Assembly (NCBI GenBank): GCA_022710775.1
Contig: JAKLGH010000001.1
Location: 201,746-265,745, forward strand
Reading direction: 5' to 3'
DNA: 64,000 nt
Origin: Patescibacteria group bacterium
GTDB taxonomy: Bacteria > Patescibacteriota > Minisyncoccia > Minisyncoccales > UBA5738
Under the pieces are notes generated by a model, which did not search any database, was not told where the DNA came from, and saw only the letters and a program-made list of their open reading frames with translations. The translations under genes and the position numbers were made by a program. Below are positions 19,039 to 29,152 of this stretch, in pieces (position 1 is the stretch's first letter; each line of letters starts with the position of its first letter).

Positions 19039-19764
19039 CTATAACAGCGCGATCCGTCCAACCATTTCGGTTATTTGGGCAAAAGAACTTCCGGCATCAA
19101 GCAAGCAGCTGTAGCCGGCTCGTTCAAACAAGGCTCTTTCTTCAAAACGACAAAAGCCAAACGACGCGGCGACAGGATTTATTTTCGGATCAAGTAGCGA
19201 TGCCATTTCAATGTCTCCTGGAGCGTCTCCGGCCAAGATTACGTTTGCGCCACAAAGAATTATTCCGAGGGGGATTTTCTTTTTCTCCGGCGTAATCAGT
19301 CGCTTAAAATCCGACAATATTCCGTTTTTCCAAACCGGAACCGTGGCGATAATCCGGTGGTTCGGCATTCTTTTCGGCAAAAATAAGTTGATCCAATCCG
19401 CGCCAAATGGATTCAGGGTAAGAATGATTAACGTTCCGCCGACCTTCCTGATCTGTGAAAAAAGTTGATTAGCTCCCGGTCTAAGACCGAAGCCCCCGGC
19501 GATTTCCTTTAGCGCGTCCCGCCGGATCTTACTGTTTTTCAAAATACCGATCAAGTCGTCAAACGTCATCGCGTCCATCCGCTCCGGCATAGCTGGCACT
19601 GATAAATCGATGTGTTGCGAAAATTCCGCCCACAATCGTTTAAAGGGCGGACCGCCCGGCACTAAAAGGGCTGTTCCGTCAAAATCAAGGGCAACCGCGA
19701 CATCCAATTTAAACCACCTTTCGGGTTTTAAAATATTCCAACAAAAGCTAAATGTCAAATACAA
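19039..19764 (-). CDS. HAD-superfamily hydrolase-like protein
   Basis: Motif I VALDFDGTAL (DxDxT). Late GDAPGD resembles HAD motif IV. Start uncertain. Confidence 0.5.
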   Translation of the reverse strand: MYLTFSFCWNILKPERWFKLDVAVALDFDGTALLVPGGPPFKRLWAEFSQHIDLSVPAMPERMDAMTFDDLIGILKNSKIRRDALKEIAGGFGLRPGANQLFSQIRKVGGTLIILTLNPFGADWINLFLPKRMPNHRIIATVPVWKNGILSDFKRLITPEKKKIPLGIILCGANVILAGDAPGDIEMASLLDPKINPVAASFGFCRFEERALFERAGYSCLLDAGSSFAQITEMVGRIALL

Positions 19765-19781
19765 GCCAAAGCACCGATCGA

Positions 19782-21224
19782 TTATTTGATAACGCGGTTG
19801 ATAATTTTTACAATGCCCGTAAAGCTGTCTATTTCAACCATATCGCCGTCTTTCAACATTTTTGTCGCGATCTTTGTGCCCGCGACGCAGGGGATTTTCA
19901 TTTCCCGCGCTACTATTGCCGCATGGGACATAACCCCGCCCTCATTGGCGACAATGGCGGAAATTTTGTCCGCCAAAACGGCAAAATCCGGAGAAAAATC
20001 TCCGCAAACAACAATATCTCCCGATTCAACTTTGAAAAAATCCCTCGGAGACCTCACAACCTTAACCCGGCCGCAAACCCTCCCTTGGAAAATCGGCGTG
20101 CCGGAAATAATGTTTCCCGCTTCATTGTTAATTTTTACTTTTTTTTGCTCAAAACTCTCGGCCGCGGCGCCAAAAAAGATTTTTACGCGGCTGTTTTTAA
20201 CCCATATGGCGGCTTTTTCTCTTTTTTTCAAGGATTCCGATAAATTATCGGGAATTGCTTTTAAGCGGCTATAAGAAATTATCTCTTCGGGTCGCAAACG
20301 ATAAAGATAATTTTTATCGATACCCCATTTTTTCGATAATATTTCAATCGCATCCGCGATCGCGGCAACAATAAACACTGAATCAGTGATTCGAGCCTTT
20401 ATTTTTGAAGCCAATTCCAAAGTTTTTATCAATTCCCGCTCTTGGTTTGAGAAACGATGCTTACCGCGTATTTTTTTCTTTTCTGTTTTGGTTTTGATCG
20501 GAGCGTTTATCAGCGTTTGAAGCTCTTTTTTGATCTCACATTTCGGTTTTGAAGATACCTCGTCAAGCCGTTTTTTAAAGTGATCATAAGGCTGCCGGCC
20601 GTCTGTTGTTCCGTGCATGATGTAGGCGGAATATTTTTTAGCATGCCTCTCCATCGATTCTACGAAAGCAGCGCTGACAGTTTTTCCGTAATATTTTAAA
20701 GCTATTCCCAATAGGCCGATTCTCTCCCTGTAAAGCAGGCTAATATAGCTATCAGCGGAAACAACCGATGCCAATTCTTTTTTTGATATGGGCTCGCCCC
20801 GGCCGATAAGCGATCTTTCAAGGTTAGGGACGGCGGCCGCCTCGTAATAACGTAAAGCCGCAATATAAGGCAAAACCAATGATAGCGCGCTAACCGCGCC
20901 TTCGGCCCTTTTCGCGGCGCTCTTGCCGGATGCCGACGATTTTTTAGCTTTGGCAAAATCTTTGGTAAATTGTTTTTTTAATCTTTTCCGGTAAGCCTCC
21001 GGGACAGCAAGAGTTCCGCGCTCAATGCAATTGGAAAGTTTTTTTAATCCGGATACGGAAAAATAAGAAGCGTATTGTCCGCCGGCAAGGACCAAAACCA
21101 CTTCAGGATGTTCGCAACCCAAAATCTCGCTAAACCTTTCATACCCTTTAGCGATCGCGTACGCGGTCAAAAAATTTACCTGCGCCCTTTCTTGGCCAAT
21201 TTCGAAGTTGCATTTGTCTGCCAT
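19782..21224 (-). CDS. PEP-utilising enzyme mobile-domain protein
   Basis: C-terminus GDIVVCGDFSPDF...IVANEGGVMSHAAIVAREMKIPCVAG is the swivelling phospho-His domain signature. Confidence 0.75.
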   Translation of the reverse strand: MADKCNFEIGQERAQVNFLTAYAIAKGYERFSEILGCEHPEVVLVLAGGQYASYFSVSGLKKLSNCIERGTLAVPEAYRKRLKKQFTKDFAKAKKSSASGKSAAKRAEGAVSALSLVLPYIAALRYYEAAAVPNLERSLIGRGEPISKKELASVVSADSYISLLYRERIGLLGIALKYYGKTVSAAFVESMERHAKKYSAYIMHGTTDGRQPYDHFKKRLDEVSSKPKCEIKKELQTLINAPIKTKTEKKKIRGKHRFSNQERELIKTLELASKIKARITDSVFIVAAIADAIEILSKKWGIDKNYLYRLRPEEIISYSRLKAIPDNLSESLKKREKAAIWVKNSRVKIFFGAAAESFEQKKVKINNEAGNIISGTPIFQGRVCGRVKVVRSPRDFFKVESGDIVVCGDFSPDFAVLADKISAIVANEGGVMSHAAIVAREMKIPCVAGTKIATKMLKDGDMVEIDSFTGIVKIINRVIK

Positions 21225-21334
21225 TTAAGCGTGATATTTCATCAGTTAATTTATAGATCTATTAAAATAAGCCAACATTTTCATAAAAAACCGGCCAAAC
21301 GCGGCCGGCTGGTAAAAAAGAAAAATAAAGCCGG

Positions 21335-21868
21335 TCAGGAATAAGATTCCCGAAGTTCATGTATCAGGTTATGCAGCTTGTCGTGCAATTCCTTGCCGAT
21401 AACTTCCCTTTCTATTTGTAAAAAACCTTCTTCCAGTTCTTTTTGTTCTTCGTTATTTAACGCCCTCTCCGCCATGGGAAATAGGACGGTATTCTCTTTG
21501 AAGATGTGCTGGTCAAGAAGTTTAACGTAATCCAAGGAATTTCTTTTGAATTTCTCCATATCACCGGCCTTAAGCGCGTCGGCCATATTTTTGACGAACC
21601 CTCTGCCACTTTCATGCTCTTTGATCAAATCGTCCACTAATCCGTTATCTCTGATATTGCTGTTCCTTTTTATAACGGCGAAAAGCTGGCCTTCTTCCTT
21701 TCCGTGATGGCATTTGTCGACAAACTCGCGGATGAAATAAACCACTTGATCCGCTTCTTCTTTATTGACCTCCTCGCCATTGTCAATTTTCTCGCAAATT
21801 TTTTCCAGAACGCGAAGAGCCATTTTAGCGGGACCGTGATCCTGGATTAATTCGGCTATTGGTCTCAT
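21335..21868 (-). CDS. hemerythrin-like (HHE) domain protein
   Basis: DHGPA...FVDKCHHGKEEGQLF...HESGR...ENTVLFP His/Glu pattern. Confidence 0.6.
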   Translation of the reverse strand: MRPIAELIQDHGPAKMALRVLEKICEKIDNGEEVNKEEADQVVYFIREFVDKCHHGKEEGQLFAVIKRNSNIRDNGLVDDLIKEHESGRGFVKNMADALKAGDMEKFKRNSLDYVKLLDQHIFKENTVLFPMAERALNNEEQKELEEGFLQIEREVIGKELHDKLHNLIHELRESYS

Positions 21869-22089
21869 ATTTTTTGTTATCGAATAATATTTTTATCGGA
21901 TTAATCCATTTTAACATAACCTCTGCCATCCGCTAAGTTTTTTTCCGGATCGCGGCGTTGATCCGAAAAATTTTAAATATATTCTTAAACCAACCCCGTC
22001 TTGATTCCGGCTTTGCCGGCAATAAGCAATCCTTGATAAAAAAGCCCGGTTAAAACCAAGCTTTTTTACGCCGATTTGCGCCTGCTTCC

Positions 22090-22710
22090 TTACTTAACGA
22101 ACAGATTGCAGAGGCAATGTCCGTCTTTCTCGATCTCTTCTTTATGGTATGCGCAAGGGCAGATATTTTTTACGTCTTCTTCGGTTTTTCCGCTCACGCG
22201 GCGGCACGGGCAATATTTTTTCCCGTATTTCTTTTCGTTCGCAAAAAGCCCGCTGACGATTCTTTTCACGGATTCCGGGTTCGGGTTTAGCTTAAATCCG
22301 TTCTTTTCGGCATATTCGGCATACTCCTTGATAAGCCGGTCCTCATTATCCGGGAAACCGTCGCACATCGCCGTAACTTTTTTCTCGGCTTCTTTTAAGA
22401 ATTGATCCAGCCATTCCCTGATTATTCCCTCGGGCCGTAAACCGACAAACCCGCTTATGGGCGACCCGCCGCCGAACAAAACGACTGTCGGAATCTGGTT
22501 AATACCCAGCGTCTGGGCCGTTAAAGGGATATCGTCAAGATTTGCCTTGGCAAAAACCAGCTTTTCTGCGTAATCATTGGCAACCTTTTCCAGTATAGGG
22601 GCTAATTCGGAACACGGCTCGCACCAGGAAGCGAAAAAATCCACTAAAACCGGCTTGTCTTTATGTTTGATCTCTGTTTCGAAATTAGCGTCAGTGATTA
22701 TAATTGCCAT
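22090..22710 (-). CDS. thioredoxin fused to ferredoxin-thioredoxin-reductase catalytic-subunit-like domain
   Basis: N-terminal half VLVDFFASWCEPCSELAP (Trx fold, WCEPC). C-terminal half KKYCPCRRV...NICPCAYH...GHCLCNLF (FTR-beta-like CPC..CPC..C.C). Start at ATG 22710. Confidence 0.7.
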   Translation of the reverse strand: MAIIITDANFETEIKHKDKPVLVDFFASWCEPCSELAPILEKVANDYAEKLVFAKANLDDIPLTAQTLGINQIPTVVLFGGGSPISGFVGLRPEGIIREWLDQFLKEAEKKVTAMCDGFPDNEDRLIKEYAEYAEKNGFKLNPNPESVKRIVSGLFANEKKYGKKYCPCRRVSGKTEEDVKNICPCAYHKEEIEKDGHCLCNLFVK

Positions 22711-22893
22711 TTTTTTGTTAAATTTATCATCCAATAGAACTATTCTGGCTTTTTTGGATAAATTTTGCAAACTTGGCCCGATAACGTTGCTTTTATTGTT
22801 TATGTTGTTTGTGCTGTTTGCGCGGGTTTCTAATATTCAGCAATATTGATACAATATTAACGTCGGATAAATGACCGGCTAACGCCCAAATAT

Positions 22894-23445
22894 ATGATCA
22901 AATTTTCACGGTTTTCTTTAATTTTGTTTGCCTGCTCCTGCTTTTTTATCCCATCCCTGGCGCTCGCGCAAGAAGACATTCAAACGATCCTTGATAAAAT
23001 AGAAAGCTTAAAATCCTCCATCAGCCTTTTGCAGCAACAGCTTGATAGCTCAGAAATCTATCCCATTGAAGCGAGGAATTATACCGACGAAGCTATTGCT
23101 TCATGCACTAATTATGCCGGAAAAAAATACCCGACAACCGGCCGGTCAGGCGGATATTTCGCCAATTGGTTTGCCTGGGGCGGCTGCGCTGAAAATAAAA
23201 TATATGACGTTCCCGCCGGTAAGAGGATTTTGCTGAAAGTCTATACCGATTCTTGCGAAAGCTGCGTTTGCGACAATCCGAATTTCTGCATCCACGAATA
23301 TCTTAACGGACAATGGAAAGAATACGGCTGTATCGCTTTTCCCGAACAAAAAGGCATAAGCCGCGAATTTTATTTTGTTCCAAATTCCCAAAGGATAAAG
23401 ATATCCGCAACCAGCTGTTTTTATTTGAACATTTATTCTCTATAA
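22894..23445 (+). CDS. secreted Cys-rich hypothetical protein
   Basis: Signal peptide MIKFSRFSLILFACSCFFIPSLALAQ. Confidence 0.6.
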   Translation: MIKFSRFSLILFACSCFFIPSLALAQEDIQTILDKIESLKSSISLLQQQLDSSEIYPIEARNYTDEAIASCTNYAGKKYPTTGRSGGYFANWFAWGGCAENKIYDVPAGKRILLKVYTDSCESCVCDNPNFCIHEYLNGQWKEYGCIAFPEQKGISREFYFVPNSQRIKISATSCFYLNIYSL

Positions 23446-23513
23446 GTCGCCCTGGAGCATTCTCTTTGGGATTAAAAAGCCCGGGCTCATGAAATTTAAA
23501 AGAAAATAAACAG

Positions 23514-24230
23514 CTATAAAACCCGGTGTTTAGCGCACAAATTAACGGTTGGCGAATCAATTCGTTTATCGGATAATATTTTGCCATCCTTCATTTCTAC
23601 TATCCGATGAGTCATATTGGCCAAATCAGCCTCGTGGGTAACCAATACTATTGTTTGCCCGTTTCGGTTTAAACGTAAAAAGATTTCCATTATCTCGCAA
23701 GCCCGCAAAGAATCAAGGTTCGCGGTCGGCTCATCGGCGAAAAGAATCTTCGGGTTGCCGGCAATCGCCCGGGCTATGGCGACGCGCTGCTGTTCTCCGC
23801 CCGAAAGCGTTGACGGGAGATTTTTAATTTTTTTCTCCAAGCCGACTTGCGATAAGGCTTCTTCCGCTTTAAGATAAGCATTTTTGCTTGCCACGCCTCT
23901 CATTAAAAAAGGTAAAACGACATTTTCAACGGCTGTAAGTTCGGGCAAAAGGGCATATTCCTGAAAGATGAATCCCAAATTATTTAACCGGTATTCCACG
24001 CGTTTTCGGTCAGCAAGCCCCGAAACTTTGACACCGTCAATATATACATCGCCTTGAAAATCCGGATCCAGAAGGCTGGCGGCATAAAGCAAGGTGCTTT
24101 TTCCGGCACCCGATCTGCCGATTATCGATAAGAATTCCCCGCTTTCAACAGTCAAAGTTACGCTGTCCAATATTGCCAGTTTTGATGCTCCGGATCGCAC
24201 TATTTTTGTTAAATTTTTAATATCAATCAT
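23514..24230 (-). CDS. ABC transporter ATP-binding protein (MacB/LolD/FtsE type)
   Basis: Walker [10 protein letters not shown], signature LSGGEQQR, Walker [10 protein letters not shown]-loop VTHE. Confidence 0.9.
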   Translation of the reverse strand: MIDIKNLTKIVRSGASKLAILDSVTLTVESGEFLSIIGRSGAGKSTLLYAASLLDPDFQGDVYIDGVKVSGLADRKRVEYRLNNLGFIFQEYALLPELTAVENVVLPFLMRGVASKNAYLKAEEALSQVGLEKKIKNLPSTLSGGEQQRVAIARAIAGNPKILFADEPTANLDSLRACEIMEIFLRLNRNGQTIVLVTHEADLANMTHRIVEMKDGKILSDKRIDSPTVNLCAKHRVL

Positions 24231-24234
24231 AAAT

Positions 24235-25482
24235 TTATTCCCGCCCTAAGATCAAATTCAGCGTATTTTTTCGGACAATCAGCAGCGTCGGCAAGATCCC
24301 TGCCGCCAAGGTTGCCATAATCAAGATGGCCGCTCTTAAAAGCGTACCCGAAACGGTGACCGCGAGAATGCCGTCACTAAAAGGAAAGTTGATCGGATTA
24401 GCGTCAAAATACGGCTTGATCAAGCCGTAAAGAACGGTCAAACCGGCCATAATGCCGACTGCCGAATAAAACAGGGCTTGAACCAAATAGGAAATTATGA
24501 TTACCGAATCCTGGATGCCGATAGCTTTAAGTATTCCGATATATTTTTTCCGCGTAAGGGCATTGATGAATATCACAATAAAGATCGTAATTGATGAAAC
24601 CAAAAGCGCGATGCCGCCGATAACTCCGCCAAGCAATGAAAACGTCATCATGATGTCTTTTAAAAAACTTCCCTGGGATTCTTCTCCGGTCTGGACCAAA
24701 GCGCCGCTCCCGGCAGACGATTCAAGCGATTTTTTAATCGGTCCGACAGCGGCTTCCGGATTGATCCTTATCGCTATTTCATTGGGGTTATTGAAAGAAC
24801 GTTCGTAAAGTTGGAGAAAAAAATCGCGGTCTATGTAAATTCTGCGGTTTACCTCGCCAACCTTGCTTTTTACGACACCTTTGATCTTTAAATCGATAAA
24901 TCCTTCATTTAATAAAAGCCTTATTTTGGAACCGGCTCTTACGTTTTCCAGCGTTTCGCCTAAAATAGCGTTTGGATTATATTGAGACAAAATACCGCTT
25001 CCGATCACGGCGGAATTATACTGGCTATTTGCGAAATATTGTCCGTCTACGATAAGTTTTGACAATTCCGTAACATTATCCTCCCTGACAGGATCGATCC
25101 CGACGATCGAAGCCGCGGCTTGGGGAATTTTCTCGTTAGGCTTGACGTTCTTGGAAATATCGGACTGGACAACTCCGCCCTCAATGTATCGAACGCTTAC
25201 CGCCTCAACTCCGGGGATAACGCGAGCCATCGCCGAAATGCTGTTACCATCGGAAATATACCTGGTAAAAGGCGGTTCTTTGATAAGAATATCGCTGGAA
25301 TATTGCCGCTGGTAGGAATCACTGGATCCCTGGACCAAACCGATTAAAATTCCGCTCACAACCACCAGATTTAAAAAGGTGAGCGTCATTACAAAAATTA
25401 TCAAAAGGGTCGTCCAGATATTCGTCCTTTTAAGTTGCCATAACCCAAGCAGGAATCCGATTTTTATTGTGTTAAAAACCAT
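24235..25482 (-). CDS. ABC transporter permease, FtsX/MacB family
   Basis: One N-terminal TM, a large periplasmic loop and three C-terminal TMs. Adjacent to its ATPase (4-nt gap). Confidence 0.8.
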   Translation of the reverse strand: MVFNTIKIGFLLGLWQLKRTNIWTTLLIIFVMTLTFLNLVVVSGILIGLVQGSSDSYQRQYSSDILIKEPPFTRYISDGNSISAMARVIPGVEAVSVRYIEGGVVQSDISKNVKPNEKIPQAAASIVGIDPVREDNVTELSKLIVDGQYFANSQYNSAVIGSGILSQYNPNAILGETLENVRAGSKIRLLLNEGFIDLKIKGVVKSKVGEVNRRIYIDRDFFLQLYERSFNNPNEIAIRINPEAAVGPIKKSLESSAGSGALVQTGEESQGSFLKDIMMTFSLLGGVIGGIALLVSSITIFIVIFINALTRKKYIGILKAIGIQDSVIIISYLVQALFYSAVGIMAGLTVLYGLIKPYFDANPINFPFSDGILAVTVSGTLLRAAILIMATLAAGILPTLLIVRKNTLNLILGRE

Positions 25483-25645
25483 TGGTCATAATTATAATTG
25501 TTGAATCAACCGAACTATGGTTTGCAATTTTTCCTTAACAGGACATAACCGGTTGCACATACGTAAAATATAGCCAATATAGCATTTTTTATGTTATAAT
25601 CAATATACGACAAAAGGTCGAAGAAAATATGAAATTATCATCTTT

Positions 25646-25852
25646 ATGAATAAATTAAATATTTACGACTGGATCGCTTTGATCTTGGTAATTGTCGGAG
25701 GTTTAAACTGGGGATTGGTGGGAATTTTTAATTTTGACCTGGTCGGCGCTATTTTTGGAGACATGACCGACATCTCAAGGGTAGTTTACGCGCTAGTCGG
25801 CCTTGGAGCGGTATATATTGCCGCCATATGCAAGAAGCTTGCCAAGGAGTAA
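25646..25852 (+). CDS. DUF378 small membrane protein
   Basis: IALILVIVGGLNWGLVGIFNFDLV hallmark. Terminator hairpin GCGGTCCGGAAGGACCGC plus T-run at about 25884-25915. Confidence 0.75.
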   Translation: MNKLNIYDWIALILVIVGGLNWGLVGIFNFDLVGAIFGDMTDISRVVYALVGLGAVYIAAICKKLAKE

Positions 25853-26011
25853 GCTTTTATATCCCGCAAGAATCTGCTTTCGCCAGCGGTCCGGAAGGAC
25901 CGCGTTGGTTTTTTTGGTAAAAAAAATAACAGCGGACATTAATGGCTTAGAGAATTTTGCGCAAAGGCGGGACCAAGTCCCGCCTTTATTGCCAATAACG
26001 GTTATTAAAAT

Positions 26012-26188
26012 TCAAAACGGCCTCTTTTGGACCAAAACTATGGCTGCCAGGTTCGCCAGCGGAACAACGCCAAGTATTATGAAAAGCGGCGCGTTGTCAG
26101 TCGAATATTCCGTTAAAAAATAGATGACAAAAATTATTTGGACTATATTCAAAATTACCGTGAGCAGCATGAATGGTTTTTTTATCAT
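26012..26188 (-). CDS. 58-aa small membrane protein (candidate)
   Basis: Below track cutoff. MIKKPFMLLTVILNIVQIIFVIYFL...PLFIILGVVPLANLAAIVLV gives two TM-like segments. TGTTATAAT -10 upstream. No clear RBS. Confidence 0.35.
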   Translation of the reverse strand: MIKKPFMLLTVILNIVQIIFVIYFLTEYSTDNAPLFIILGVVPLANLAAIVLVQKRPF

Positions 26189-26400
26189 AATTTTCGGCTA
26201 GATTCTTATTCAATTTTATTATAACAAATCAATTTCTTATTTTAAAATTCTTTTTTTTCAAATTTTTATTTTTGAAATTTTTTTGAAATTTTTTTAAATT
26301 CTTTTTTTCAAATATTATTATCCTTTGGCCCGAAAAACCGCCCGGCGCGGACCCGAATACAAAAACGCCCCCGCAAAACGGGGGCGTTTCCTGTTCCCGG

Positions 26401-26598
26401 CTAGACGCGCGAAACGTTGACTGCCGAAAGACCTTTTTCACCGCTAACGATCTCAAAGGAGACGGTGTCGCCAACCTTCAATTCGTCATAGGTAACGCCC
26501 TTCAGCTCTTTTGAGTGGAAAAACAAGTCTTTGGCTTCCCCCTCGCGGGAAATGAATCCAAAGCCCCTGTCCGTAAGTGTTTTGATAGTACCTTCCAT
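26401..26598 (-). CDS. cold-shock protein (CspA family)
   Basis: RNP motifs GFGFI and DLFFH. Promoter TTGCAA-16-TATAAT at 26663-26690. Terminator AAACGCCCCCGTTTTGCGGGGGCGTTTTT at about 26366-26392. Confidence 0.9.
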   Translation of the reverse strand: MEGTIKTLTDRGFGFISREGEAKDLFFHSKELKGVTYDELKVGDTVSFEIVSGEKGLSAVNVSRV

Positions 26599-26762
26599 TT
26601 TTTTGTTTTGATTATTTGCTGCGATAAACGACTCTTTTAAACGCTTTTATCCTTGTAAAATGATTATATACGATAAATGGCATTTTGCAAGCCCCTCTTT
26701 CAAAAAACCATTAAAAAAACACCGCTTGCGCGATGCTTTTTTTGCAAGTAGTTTTATAAAAA

Positions 26763-27401
26763 TTATTTTTTTAATTTCTTGACCGCCTTTTTCGCCGCTT
26801 TTTTGGCCGCCTTTTTGGCCGCCTTTTTGGCCGCCTTTTCAGCTTCCTTGGCCGATTTTTTGGCCGCTTTTTCAGCTTCCTTGGCCGATTTTTTTCTCTC
26901 CCGGATATCTTTTTCGCCCGGAATAGCGTTAGCGGCAACCGCCTCAACGTCTTTAACGGTCTTAACTTCCGCTCCAACCGGCTTGTGGCTTCTCATGGCC
27001 TCCATCGCGTTTATGAGCCGGTCCATCTTCGAGTTTAATATTTCAAGCTGCCTTTTTATATCGCCGTCGTTTCTTTGCCCGCTTGGCGAAAACTCCGGTT
27101 TAAAAAATTGACTGTTGCCGCCAAAATCGCTTTTTTGAAACCGTTCCGGCCGCCCGAAATTTCCGCCTTCTCTCTTGTTTTGGAAACAATCGTTACAATA
27201 AACCGGCCGGCCCTCGATCGGCCGGAAAGGAACTTCACAGGACTTTCCGCATTGGGCGCAAATGGTCCTATGCATGCCGCGATTCCTATCGCCGCTTCCC
27301 CAGCTTGGTCTTTCAAAATTCCGCCCGCCGCCGTCGCGCCTGTCAAAACCTCCCCCATGGCTTCCTCCGAAACCTTTGTGCTTTTTTTTAAAATCTCCCA
27401 T
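26763..27401 (-). CDS. CxxC-x17-CxxC zinc-ribbon protein with RGG-rich N-terminus and Lys/Ala-rich tail
   Basis: CAQCGKSCEVPFRPIEGRPVYCNDC. The tail AKKSAKEAEKAAKK x2 then AAKK repeats is encoded by 12-bp and 33-bp DNA repeats at 26779-26900. Confidence 0.7.
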   Translation of the reverse strand: MGDFKKKHKGFGGSHGGGFDRRDGGGRNFERPSWGSGDRNRGMHRTICAQCGKSCEVPFRPIEGRPVYCNDCFQNKREGGNFGRPERFQKSDFGGNSQFFKPEFSPSGQRNDGDIKRQLEILNSKMDRLINAMEAMRSHKPVGAEVKTVKDVEAVAANAIPGEKDIRERKKSAKEAEKAAKKSAKEAEKAAKKAAKKAAKKAAKKAVKKLKK

Positions 27402-27517
27402 ATTTTTTACTGCTTGTTAGTTATCGTGCAAGTAATTAAGTATGCACTATTTTGTTTTGAAAAGCAAAAAAAATGCTTTAAAAGCATTTTTCATTTTTGT
27501 TCCTCCGCCGGTACCGG

Positions 27518-27946
27518 CTATTCTTCCTCCACGATATTATAATAGCGGAGCTTGTACTTCTCGTATTCCAAATCGGCCTCAAAATCAATCTCGTTGGTTA
27601 GCTTGTCTCTGAAGCTGATCAGCTTATCGTCATCCGACGCGTCCAGATAGAACCTAATCGTTTCGCATTGGCCGAATTGATGACAAAGCATGCCGTTGAT
27701 CCAGATCGTAAAATTCCAGTTATCGTTAACGATCTGGAGGCTCGTTATCGTTCCCGGGCTGTCAACTTTCTCTATGCTGTATTTTAAACCGATCGTATCG
27801 TAAGCATAAAGCGAAAATTCCATCTCTTCGCCCGAAAAGTTAAAATTAAAACTTTCCACGGGACCGGTCAGATCCCGGTATTCGGAGCCGGCGGCGCATG
27901 CTGGCAGCAAAGCCAAAAGAACTAAGGGCAGCAAACAATTATCCAT
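27518..27946 (-). CDS. lipoprotein
   Basis: From ATG 27946: MDNCLLPLVLLALLPACAAG with lipobox LPAC. Confidence 0.6.
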   Translation of the reverse strand: MDNCLLPLVLLALLPACAAGSEYRDLTGPVESFNFNFSGEEMEFSLYAYDTIGLKYSIEKVDSPGTITSLQIVNDNWNFTIWINGMLCHQFGQCETIRFYLDASDDDKLISFRDKLTNEIDFEADLEYEKYKLRYYNIVEEE

Positions 27947-28219
27947 TTTTTTCACCCGCCAAAAATCTATCATAAATTCCTATCATGTCAACAGTTACGC
28001 CCCAAAAGGCAGTAAAAACACTTTGTATAATAATAAGCGAAGCGTTTTAAAGCCGCTTTGGACTTTTAGCCGGTTAAGCTTGTCTAATCCGATCATTTTC
28101 ACCCCGCATCTGCTTCTTTTAAATATTTCACAAAAAACACAACTGGAGATTACTGCTTTCTTGTTCTGTTCGACCACTCAAATGAGCTTTTTTCCCTTGA
28201 AAATGAGCTTTTTTTATCC

Positions 28220-28248
28220 TTGACAAATTTTATAAATTATGATAATAA
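28220..28248 (+). promoter_or_regulatory. promoter of the 28.3-32.9 kb operon
   Basis: TTGACA 28220-28225, 17-nt spacer ending TGa, TAATAA 28243-28248. Confidence 0.5.
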
Positions 28249-28327
28249 CTGAACACCTGTCCTTTAACAATTTACAGCTGATTAGGATAACTCGGACAGA
28301 AACCAAACAAAACCGAATGGAGGCAGT

Positions 28328-29152
28328 ATGGAAATAATTTCGGGACCGAATATTTATGAGGTTAAGGAGCTAGTGGCCAAATCAGACCGTTTCCGCCTTT
28401 ACGCGTGTACGCAAAAAGGCGTTGCCGGCCGGCGCTTGCTGCAGATCGCGGCAACGGTTGAAGACAATCCGTTACTCCAACGATCGGCCCTCCATTTAAA
28501 AGAACTGGAGGGAAAAGCTTACGAGATCGAAGAAGAGTTCGCGCTCGTCAAAGAAAAACCTGACGACCGCCTGGACTACCAGCTTGGCATCCCAGAACTG
28601 ATCGACAGCTTTGAATGCCTTGAGCAAGGGAGGCGCGTCATCAATATTTTGGGCTTCCGCAACGTGGAAGACATCAGCCAGGTGATTCCCCTCGCCAATA
28701 TCGCTCAAAAGGACAAAAGGCGGATCGATGCCAAAACCAGCGCGTGGATCATGGGCAAACTGCTTAAATTGCTCGTGTTCGCCCACGGCGAAGGGTTTAC
28801 GCCCGAAACACTGGATGCCGGCAATATTTTGATCGAACCGGTCCAGCATTACGTGATGATTTTTAACTGGGCGCGAAGCGATATTACTCCGGCTAAACGC
28901 CGCGAGGATATTTCGAACGCAGCCAAAACCGTCATCACAGCCATGGGAGGAAACCCGCGAACCGGATACTTGCCCGACGACGGCGTTGAGAATTTCGCGC
29001 AGTACCGCGAAATCCTGTTTCGCCTTGCCAGCCAGGAATTTACGAGCGCCAAAAATGCCCACGAGGCATTTTACGGCGTGGTCTATGTTATCTGGCCCCG
29101 CAAATACCATGATTTTGGCGTAAGACCGATCAACCAAAGGGAGGAAGAATAA
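28328..29152 (+). CDS. protein-kinase-like fold protein, probably catalytically inactive
   Basis: GGAGG RBS. AWIMGKLLKLLVFAHGEGFTPETLDAGNILIEP...MIFNWARS mirrors the kinase catalytic-loop/DFG region (HRDLKPxNILI...DFGxA), but the HRD Asp, DFG Asp and VAIK Lys are not evident. Confidence 0.5.
   Translation: MEIISGPNIYEVKELVAKSDRFRLYACTQKGVAGRRLLQIAATVEDNPLLQRSALHLKELEGKAYEIEEEFALVKEKPDDRLDYQLGIPELIDSFECLEQGRRVINILGFRNVEDISQVIPLANIAQKDKRRIDAKTSAWIMGKLLKLLVFAHGEGFTPETLDAGNILIEPVQHYVMIFNWARSDITPAKRREDISNAAKTVITAMGGNPRTGYLPDDGVENFAQYREILFRLASQEFTSAKNAHEAFYGVVYVIWPRKYHDFGVRPINQREEE

Noticed and set aside
26229-26330. T/A-rich repeated tract (GAAATTTTTTT units) and other short tandem repeats, considered as a CRISPR array
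   Set aside because: The units are 9-12 bp with no unique spacers and no cas genes. This looks more like phased A/T tracts (UP element/curved DNA) upstream of a small gene. There is no CRISPR array anywhere in the window.
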